Assembly (NCBI RefSeq): GCF_000143415.4
Contig: NW_003314688.1
Location: 1 to 6,656, forward strand
Reading direction: 5' to 3'
Length of the DNA: 6,656 bases
DNA from: Selaginella moellendorffii
Taxonomy: Eukaryota > Plantae > Lycopodiophyta
In this document: positions 1 to 6,656 of the stretch, in pieces
Layout of the letters: every line of letters starts with the position of its first letter
Numbering within the stretch: position 1 is the stretch's first letter
Position numbers and translations under genes: made by a program
Notes under the pieces: generated by a model
The model's database searches: none
What the model was told of the DNA's origin: nothing
What the model saw: the letters and a program-made list of their open reading frames with translations, nothing else

Positions 1-1
1 A

Positions 2-1142
2 TTCTTACGAAAGGCGTGGTGTCAAATGCTCAAGGTTGCTTCTTCGGCAGGAGAAATTCTCCAGGTAGAGTTAAAAGTTTTGGAGCTTGGTGCTATCTTT
101 CTTTATCTCTTTTTCTTGTTTTCTTTGCAGGCATTCATGGATCTGGAGGGAGCAATCGACGAGGACTGGATCTCTTCCTCGTACGAGTCGATCGAGCAAG
201 TTGGCAGACTCATCGGCATTCAGAGAAAAAATCCCCCCTGGATCCCGCAGACCTCCGCTGCTGTTGCTCTTCGACTGATGGTCTTTGACTCTTCGATCGC
301 CTACACCGAAGAACAAAAGCAGCAGCTCATGGACAGGCAACGAAGAGTAAGCCATCCATCCATTTCGCGTGTTCTTTTGCTTACTTTTTCCTGAGTTTTT
401 ACTTTCGTTCGTGTTTTTAAGTTGAGAATCGGTCCTTACGCTTCTCTCCTTCCAGGTTCCAATGAGAAGATCGAAAGGAGAGGCCCGCGAAGTTTTATAC
501 GAGGCTGGTAGTACTAGGCCGGCAGAAGGAGAGGAAGACAAAGAGACCAAGGAGGCAGAGTTTAATTCCCAAGAGGAGGAGCTACCACCACAGTTTTACG
601 AGAGGAGTGGTGGTGACTTTGGAGCTCATCCATCTTGGAGCGCTCGGCAAGAGAGCGCCGCCGTTCTACTGGAAGAGGAAGAAGAAGATGATGAAGACGA
701 AGACAAGAGGCTGGCAATGAAAGCTAGTGGCGAGAGTGACGATAGCTCGCAGATGAACTGGGAAGGCCAGGATTCTTTCGAGGAGCTCGAGCAGCCAGGC
801 CATGGAAGCCTCCATCATCTGGAAGAGCTGGAGATGGAGGAGGAAGAGGATGGATTGATGTTGGAAGAGGAGGAGGAGCTGAGTGACGAGGAAGAGGAGA
901 GCGAGGAGGAAGAGTTCCAGCAGGAAGCGTCGAGCAGTGATACGGACGAAGAGCAAAACAAGCACGACAACTTGGTGGTGGCCAAGAACTTGATCAACAT
1001 CAATGCGAGCTTGGAAGAAAGCGGTGATGATCTTCATACTGCTGCTGCTGCTAGCAAGATCAATGGGGGTTCCAGCGAGAGAGTTGTAAACTGCGGCTTG
1101 ACAAGCGAGTTAGAGTTTGAGCGGGGGACGTATGAGGAGTGA
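2..1142 (+). CDS. RLT: 3' part of a homeobox-DDT domain protein (RINGLET RLT1/RLT2-like, ISWI partner); exons <2-64, 131-346, 456-1142; 5'-partial
   Basis: The spliced translation is FLRKAWCQMLKVASSAGEILQ|AFMDLEGAIDEDWISSSYES...PPWIPQTSAAVALRLMVFDSSIAY...RR|VPMRRSK..., followed by a long D/E-rich tail and TGA at 1140-1142. It matches my recollection of the conserved C-terminal block of plant RLT proteins (RKxW..KL..ASS.EELLQ.LT.LE.AI...; PWIPQTTAAVALRL..LD.SI.Y). Two phase-0 GT-AG introns join the ORF-track ORFs 26..394 and 462..1142 in frame. Confidence 0.8.
65..130 (+). other. Spliceosomal intron (66 nt, phase 0) of the RLT-like gene
   Basis: Donor CAG|GTAGAG, a T-rich body and acceptor TTTTCTTTGCAG|G. 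Removing it deletes a hydrophobic stretch (VELKVLELGAIFLYLFFLFSLQ) that interrupts the RLT motif. Confidence 0.85.
347..455 (+). other. Spliceosomal intron (109 nt, phase 0) of the RLT-like gene
   Basis: Donor AGA|GTAAGC and acceptor CTTCTCTCCTTCCAG|GTT. Splicing puts 456 in the frame of the 462..1142 ORF. Confidence 0.85.
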
Positions 1143-1493
1143 GTGGAAGTTTTACTTTCTCCCATACAGCGAAGGTGTCTCTCTTCTCGGCGTACAGTTT
1201 GATTTGTGAATTCAACCCTGACTTTTGTATGTAATTTCTTCTAGGAAAAAAGGTTTCTTTATTCTATGAATTTGCTTTGAGATGTCCTAGATTAAACATT
1301 TGACAGAAGGGGGCACAGAAGAGACTCGTTCTTCAATTTCTTGATACTTAAAAAAGTGATGTGTGGGATTATGATTGAACGCTTCTAAGTCAGAATCTGT
1401 GCTACATGCAGAGCTCTCTACCTGATTAAGGTTAGGAAGAATTATAATCCATGTTTGAATTAAATCCAGAATATTCTTATTCTAGAGTCTTAG

Positions 1494-1517
1494 AACCCTA
1501 AACGTCCAAACCCTAAA
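1494..1517 (+). promoter_or_regulatory. Two telo-box elements (AACCCTAAA at 1494-1502, AAACCCTAAA at 1508-1517) just upstream of the second gene
   Basis: They match the plant telomere-repeat-like telo-box AAACCCTA (the second exactly, the first lacking one leading A) and end 16 nt before the ATG at 1534. A TATA-like TATAAT sits at 1443-1448. Confidence 0.6.
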
Positions 1518-1533
1518 GCTGAGGGTGGCATCG

Positions 1534-3194
1534 ATGGATGCATCGGAACTGGAGAGTGACGCAGCGGCATCGGAACTCGAGAGTGATGCAGCGGCTGAGT
1601 TGATGCTTTTGGAAGAGGAGCCATTCGTGAGAGGTAGTGTCAAAGCTTACCTTGCTCAGCCTATGAGGGCTGTGCCTGCTGGGGTTGACGCATATCATCG
1701 TTTCCTGTTGTCGACATCACCTCCTCTGGTGGATCTCTGCCCGCAGGACTTCGAGACGGACTGCTGGGATAGCTTCCTCTGTGATATGAATTCTTGGTTC
1801 TCTGGGCTTCCAGACAGGCCTCTGAGATCAAAGCCAGAAGTGCTGATCGATCTTCATTTCAGAGGTTTCCTTTTCTCAGCGGCTGACACGGTGCTGCAAC
1901 TCGTAAAGGGACCCAAGGATGTGTGTGCTGGCATGGCGAGCTATGCCATTGGGAACTGGATAGGTGCGCCGGAGCTTGTGGTGAGCAGCAAGGGCCATAG
2001 CCCGCTTGTTGTTGGTGTCATGGTGGGGGTCATTGACACGGGAGCAGTTGCGAGGGTCTATGCTTACATGCTGAGCAGTGGTTCTTCGTTTGGGGTCGTC
2101 TCATCCTACGCAGAGACGAAGTTTTGCGCGCGCTTGGACAACCGGTTTCTCTTGTCAGACCCTGTTCCACTTCCGCTTATCGGCATCAGGTTTCTGATTC
2201 ACATGGCTACTGGACACAGGGTGCAGCAGAGTACCAGGCCACTACCTTCTCCACGAGGCTTTGCGTCGCGCTTTGCGATGGGTGTCTTTGAGACGTGCTG
2301 CCATGTCGCAGGGGTGCATCGCATTGCCAAGATGGTCCACGAAGTGGGCAGCTTGGAGGCTCGGGATCTTCAGATTCTAGAGTTTTTGTCCGGGGCCACG
2401 GGAAGGATTTCCGCTGTTTACCGTGCTCTGTACAAGGGCAAAAACGTCGTCGTGAAGATCACGGACTTGACCACAGGTTAAAAGCTTATTTCTACCAGCC
2501 CAGAGCTTTCACCAAATTGTGATTGGCTTTTGCAGGTGTTACAAGTGTCCAAGACTGCTTGATGAAGTGTGTGAGGGAGGTGGATGCGTACATTCGGCTG
2601 CATAAGCTGCAGCGAACTTGTATCCCTTGCTTGTTTGAGTATGGGTTCTTGTGCGGCGGGATGTTCTTCTGTGTGGTGATGTCGGATGCTGGCAACTCGG
2701 CAGGAGAGGGGTGGTCGCCGGTCGATCAGGACGAGGTAGAGGCCGTCGTGTCTCGAGCACGAAAGGCTCTTGAGAGCTTTCATGCTCGTGGAGTGGCCAT
2801 GGGTGACCTTTGCGTCGAGAACATACTTGTTTGGCCACATGACAAGAGAGTCTCCATAGTCGGCTTTGAGGAGTGCCTGGTGGGTCCAGCTTGTTCTAAG
2901 GTGGCCATGGACAACGATATTATTGCTCTTCGCGAGTGTGAGCTTGTGTTACAGCAGATGGTGTTACAGGAGATGGCGTCCATGAAAGCGACGCGCTCAC
3001 GAGACACGAGGGGTACTGCCACAGCGGACTGGGAACTCTGGCTTGCAGACGTGGTCGATTCTGCCGAGTCTGGTGTGAATCTAGAGGATACAGAGGAGAC
3101 AGAGGATACAGAGGATACAGAGGATACAGATACAGAGGTTTGTTTCAGCTTTACTGCTATTAGGTACTTATTATGTCTTGCAGGAGTAAGCTGA
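1534..3194 (+). CDS. REase-fold (PD-(D/E)xK-like) plus atypical protein-kinase-like fusion protein, Crinkler/CR-effector-like, probably catalytically impaired; exons 1534-2476 and 2536-3137 (+3184-3189), or 2536-3194 if the last intron is not spliced
   Basis: The ATG is at 1534 (the ORF track starts at a GTG). The 59-nt intron 2477-2535 joins ORFs 1525..2481 and 2523..3194 in frame, inside the kinase N-lobe. Kinase motifs: Gly-rich FLSGATGRISAVY (2383-2421), VVVK Lys (2455), alphaC Glu in REVDAY..L..LQ...IP.L..YG (2577), H..GVAMGDLCVENILV (2781-2831) and IVGFEE (2856-2873). N-terminal domain motifs: WDSF (1765), helix Glu (1837), GAPELVV (1963), VVGVMV (2008) and AVARVYAYM......FGVVSSY..TKF..R.....LLSDPV (2044-2166). 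Confidence 0.75.
1540..1593 (+). repeat. 27-bp tandem duplication (2 copies, ASELESDAA x2)
   Basis: GCATCGGAACTGGAGAGTGACGCAGCG and GCATCGGAACTCGAGAGTGATGCAGCG differ at two synonymous positions. Confidence 0.9.
2477..2535 (+). other. Spliceosomal intron (59 nt, phase 1) in the REase-kinase gene
   Basis: Donor ACAG|GTTAAA and acceptor TTTTGCAG|GT. Splicing removes the TAA at 2479-2481 and restores the continuity from the beta3 Lys to the alphaC Glu (VVKITDLTTG/VTSVQDCLMKCVRE). Confidence 0.85.
3084..3137 (+). repeat. 9-bp coding tandem repeat (GAGGATACA)n encoding (EDT)n
   Basis: There are five full units (one is the variant GAGGAGACA) plus a partial GATACAGAG, ending exactly at the candidate splice donor at 3138. 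Confidence 0.9.
3138..3183 (+). other. Possible short terminal intron (46 nt, phase 0)
   Basis: Donor GAG|GTTTGT and acceptor TCTTGCAG|GAGTAA, with an abrupt shift to T-rich sequence. Splicing would end the protein ...DTE-E-stop at 3189. The length is borderline short. Confidence 0.45.
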
Positions 3195-4173
3195 CGAGGT
3201 TCTCCAGCTTTGTTCTTTCTGTGCTTTCTTGTTTTTTTCTTTTCCTTTGCTGTCTTACTTCTAATCCACTCACAAAGATTAGATATTCATGATATTTCCC
3301 AGCAGTTTGTAGAAGTTTTCTAGAGTTGCTAAGTGGTGGAATAGTGCATGGCCAAACTTCACAGTAAGCAAAGGCAGAGGTCCACAACGAACGGGAAGCT
3401 CCACAAAGCACCTCCACAAACAGCTTGCAGGCCGCCCAACATTTGCTTGTGAACAGTAACTTGTCAAAAGTTGGAGAGGAGAGCAAAGTCAGGTGGGACT
3501 CAGGCATCAGCAGCGGGAGCTGGCACAGACTTTGATGGTGAAGCCAAGGCTTCCTCCACCATCTCTATTCCTGTTGCTCATCTTTGCCTAAGAGGGTGTT
3601 GTGTGGAGGGTTCTTGTCTTTGAGGTGTTAAATTTGATTATAGTGATCACAGGCTTTAGAAAAGCTCGAATTAAGACGGTTCATTGATGAGGATAGTTTG
3701 AACAGGGCTACGGCCTGGAAGACAGGAGAACATCATATTATACATAGTAGAACATACAAGATGTTCACATTCTAGCTGACTGCCAGGACTTCCACCAATG
3801 CATGAAAGAACTGATTGCCACCTCCTGTGTTGCCACTGCAAAGCATTAGGACGCATTTGTATATTCTAGGCATCTTCTATGTACTGCGTGGCGCCTATGC
3901 CATTCACTTTTTTGACAGAATTTCCAGGAATGTTTGCTGTGGCGGTGGCGTCAAAGGGACTCCACCACTGTGTTGCTGGCTACGGCTGCTAGGTGAAGAC
4001 TGAAAAGGGAACAATGGCTTTCCTCACAACTCATATGACAAGGCAGCAGGTTTAAACCAATTAGTTTATGAGAGAAGCAAAAGATTTTTCCTGCAGCTTT
4101 TCTCTTTGGATTGCCTTGCCAAGCCTATGTGGTTTTCCAGAGGCAAAAAGGGATTGAATTCGTGAAGTTTAGT

Positions 4174-4273
4174 NNNNNNNNNNNNNNNNNNNNNNNNNNN
4201 NNNNNNNNNNNNNNNNNNNNNNNNNNNNNNNNNNNNNNNNNNNNNNNNNNNNNNNNNNNNNNNNNNNNNNNNN
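4174..4273. other. Assembly gap (100 N)
   Basis: Exactly 100 N, the usual placeholder for a gap of unknown size. Confidence 0.99.
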
Positions 4274-4648
4274 GGGGCATTTGAGTTAATTATGCAATTC
4301 AATATTCAATCTCTGAATTTTTTATTTCATACAAAGCCAAATGTATAATGCATAAAGTTGGACATGTTATGGCTAACACTTTGTTAAGATCTTGTGGTAC
4401 ACTTGCACTAATCACCCATGACAATGCTTTATGACTTGCACAATATTATGAGATATCACTTCTCCCACTTATAATTGCATATGTTTTAACTCCATTTCTT
4501 GTGAAAGATACTTTTGTTTTTATATGATGTTATAATTGCTTATGCTCAAAAGACAAAAGTAAAGACATAGTCATGGTTGTGACATTTGTTACTCGGTGTG
4601 TGATGAGATTACTTATATGTATTGGTGTCATTAGTGTTTCCTAGATTA
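4274..4648 (+). mobile_element. Degenerate Ty3/gypsy pol fragment (end of RNase H and the following linker)
   Basis: With one frameshift it reads IQSLN/FISYKAK...HVMANTLLR (4304-4389), resembling LQ.YDF.I.YK.G...H..ADALSR. It is followed by AL*LAQYYEISLLPLIIAYV, which resembles the post-RNase H 'AQ..D' linker. Confidence 0.5.
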
Positions 4649-4748
4649 NNNNNNNNNNNNNNNNNNNNNNNNNNNNNNNNNNNNNNNNNNNNNNNNNNNN
4701 NNNNNNNNNNNNNNNNNNNNNNNNNNNNNNNNNNNNNNNNNNNNNNNN
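4649..4748. other. Assembly gap (100 N)
   Basis: Exactly 100 N. Confidence 0.99.
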
Positions 4749-5145
4749 TGGGTGGAGGCTTTCACATCAATAATTCCTTATAGGTACTACCGTAATGGAA
4801 AGTTATGATATAAAAATTCTTTAGAGTAATAAGAGTTTTTTATCCTTCTTTTGGAATAACCATCAAGAGGTTCATTTAGCATCAATTCATCAATATTCAC
4901 TTTCCAAACTTTTTTTTATAATAAAAGGTCCTTTATTATTTTCTTTATATTGGTTGATATATGTTTAAAAATCTATCTTTTATTGCTTTGCTTGTTGCCA
5001 TATATTGCCTTCTACAATTGCATTAGTATAATCATGCTAAATGTGATTTTGAGACTTCTCCCCTTTATATAATACTCTTTCATATCTTTTTTATATCTCT
5101 TGTATTCTCTACTTTATCTTTTTATTTTCACCTCTATTTCCATCA

Positions 5146-6656
5146 TTGTTTTTTCCATTACTTTTATATTTTTTTTTTCTATTCTTCTATTCCCTTTTCA
5201 AATCACTTGAATGGTTTTTAGTTAAGGCAATTGACCAACTCAAGAAGGAGTATAGTGATCTCTTCACCTTTGATTTATCTTTTGAGGCTAAGATTGCATC
5301 CATCATCCAATTACAATTAAAGATGATTGACCAATTAAGATTTATTTTTAGCAATCGTTATAAAAAAAGATTAAAATCTTATATGCAAATAGTAAGGAAA
5401 TGTTAGAAAAAAATGTTATTTGAAAGTATTGAAATCCTTGAATATGTGAGCTTTATCTTGTGATAAATTTTAATAGGAGCATTTAATTTTATATAAACTA
5501 TTATGTAATAAACGATATAACTATATCAAATATGTACTCTCTTCCTGATACTATTGTTTGGGGAAAAATCATTAATTCACCAAGTTAAATCTTGTTTCTA
5601 AATACTAAGAAGTGTTAATGGTTGGGGAGAAAAAATACTTTTTATACATTATTTGATTTATACGAGTTCTTGGTGATGCTATTTGATTTGAACAATACTT
5701 TAACATAATAGATGATAAATAAAATTCTTTATAATATGTCAAAAATGGCATTGACTTCATCGATGATATCTTCATCCTTTTGAAAAGGATGTGGGAGGAG
5801 CACATTTGTGATATCCACAAAGTGTTGAAAAATTCATGGAAAGATAGTTTGAAATTAAAGTGATTAAAATGCACATTTGGGTCTAAAGACATGACTTATC
5901 TTGAGTATTATATTTCTCCTGAAGGCTTGTAAGTTAATCTTGATAAATTTATGTCATCAATCATACTTGCACCATTCCAAATGTTGATGAAGTTATCAAC
6001 ATTATTTTGTATTTGGTCTTAGGACTGCGAGTAAGCATTTAAGAAAAGTGTTAACAACTCTTTCAAAATTGGCAACTACACTTAATTTTTTATCTTGCAT
6101 ATATATACTTTTAGTATTGGTATCGAATGTGTCTTGATGCAAGAGAGCACAAGTGTGTTTAGTTAACATCATCCCATTGCATACATCAACTATATTACAA
6201 CTAATAAAAGTGAATTATTCCACAATAAAGAAAGTCTCTCAAAAAGTTTCATACATACTTGCATGGTTCTTTAATGTTGCTAGAGAGTAATTATATTACA
6301 ATCACTTTATTATTAAAGTGAAAGAATTTGAATAGTCATATTTTATAATAGAATTTAAAGCTTTAAATATATAACTTCGAGGTTATTTATTGCTTGGGGA
6401 GTTCTATAGTTGATATTAACATCTTTTCTTTAAGCTTCTTTTGCTTCTTTGTTTTCTTCTTATGTTCTTAATAAGCTTATTATTCTAATATTGTTGGATT
6501 TTCTAGATGAGAATATAGTGTCATTAGTAGTTGTTATGTTTGATATTTAATGTTTATAAGGTGCAAAAACTAAATTTACCTTCTCTTGACAAGGTTCATG
6601 AGATTTAAAAGGTTGAGTTGTGCATTTAAAGACTTCATTATAAGTTTAAGAATTTT
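5146..6656 (+). mobile_element. Highly degenerate Ty3/gypsy LTR-retrotransposon pol relic (pre-RT linker, reverse transcriptase, RNase H); it probably extends left to ~4749 and runs off the right edge
   Basis: Motifs are collinear on the + strand, with stops and frameshifts: LKKEYSDLF (~5239), KEMLEKNVI*KY*NP* (5394), NRSI*FYINYY..N..T...MYSLP (5472-5546; consensus DGS.RFC.DYR.LN..T..D.YPLP), FTKLNLVSKY*EV (~5576), YEFLVMLFDLNN (5661; YEF.VMPFGL.N), FIDDIFI (5756; YxDD), KCTFG....TYLEYYISPEGL*VNLDK (5867), FILHIYTFSIGIECVLMQ (6089; F.L.TDAS..G.GAVL.Q), HPIAY (6170), KKFHTYLHG (~6242) and **NLKL*IYNFEVIYCLG (~6346; RW.L.LQ.YDFEI.YRPG). RT followed by RNase H with these motifs is gypsy-type. 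Confidence 0.92.

Noticed and set aside
16-550. Overlapping ORFs 16..288, 87..278 and 71..550 (-)
   Set aside because: They are alternative frames across RLT exons and introns; the spliced RLT model explains the region.
666-1037. Minus-strand Leu/Phe-rich ORF (123 aa) and Ser-rich ORF 815..1003
   Set aside because: These are antisense shadows of the GAG/GAA-rich acidic RLT exon, with no independent coding evidence.
2295-3022. Short alternative-frame and antisense ORFs over the kinase gene
   Set aside because: They are expected by-products of a GC-rich coding region and have no recognisable motifs.
3084-3137. CRISPR-like or telomeric array interpretation of the short repeats (also 1494-1517 and 1540-1593)
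   Set aside because: There are no spacers and the repeats are in-frame coding tandems. The telomere-like motifs are two isolated units, not an array.
1525-3194. Two-gene prokaryote-style operon (toxin-antitoxin pair) made of ORFs 1525..2481 and 2523..3194
   Set aside because: The break falls inside the kinase N-lobe and is bridged in frame by a canonical GT-AG intron. The context is eukaryotic and the second ORF starts at TTG within the intron.
3160-3507. 115-aa minus-strand ORF as an antisense partner gene
   Set aside because: It has no recognisable domain, and its basic C-terminal part is simply the complement of a T-rich tract. It is unsupported without expression data.
4066-4302. ORF spanning the N run
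   Set aside because: It is an artefact of translating through an assembly gap.
4749-5145. Gag/protease or LTR assignment for the AT-rich segment before RT
   Set aside because: Its position fits the protease region, but I could not read a convincing DTG/DSG motif, LTR ends or a primer-binding site.
5146-5892. ORFs 5146..5406 (+) and 5605..5892 (-) as real genes
   Set aside because: The first is a remnant of the gypsy pre-RT linker, and the second is antisense to the decayed RT.

Overview
This window is eukaryotic DNA, most likely from a compact land-plant genome with very short GT-AG introns (59-109 nt; a Selaginella-like lycophyte is my guess, not proven). The left contig (1-4173) is gene-dense. 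It holds the last three exons of a homeobox-DDT RINGLET (RLT1/RLT2-like) chromatin gene. About 390 bp downstream, behind two telo-boxes, is a spliced gene (1534-2476 joined to 2536-~3190) that the ORF track splits in two. Joined, it encodes a ~520-530 aa protein with a restriction-endonuclease-fold (PD-(D/E)xK-like) domain fused to a short atypical protein-kinase domain. This architecture resembles Crinkler/CR-type and Spok-like toxin/effector proteins. Key catalytic residues appear substituted in both domains (PD>PE, ExK>VMV, Q>R; HGD>MGD, DF>GF), yet the frame is intact. This candidate double pseudo-enzyme is the most interesting item. To the right of two 100-N scaffold gaps lie very AT-rich relics of Ty3/gypsy pol (RT, RNase H), eroded mainly by C>T/G>A transitions. 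All family assignments come from motif recognition by eye; no searches were run.
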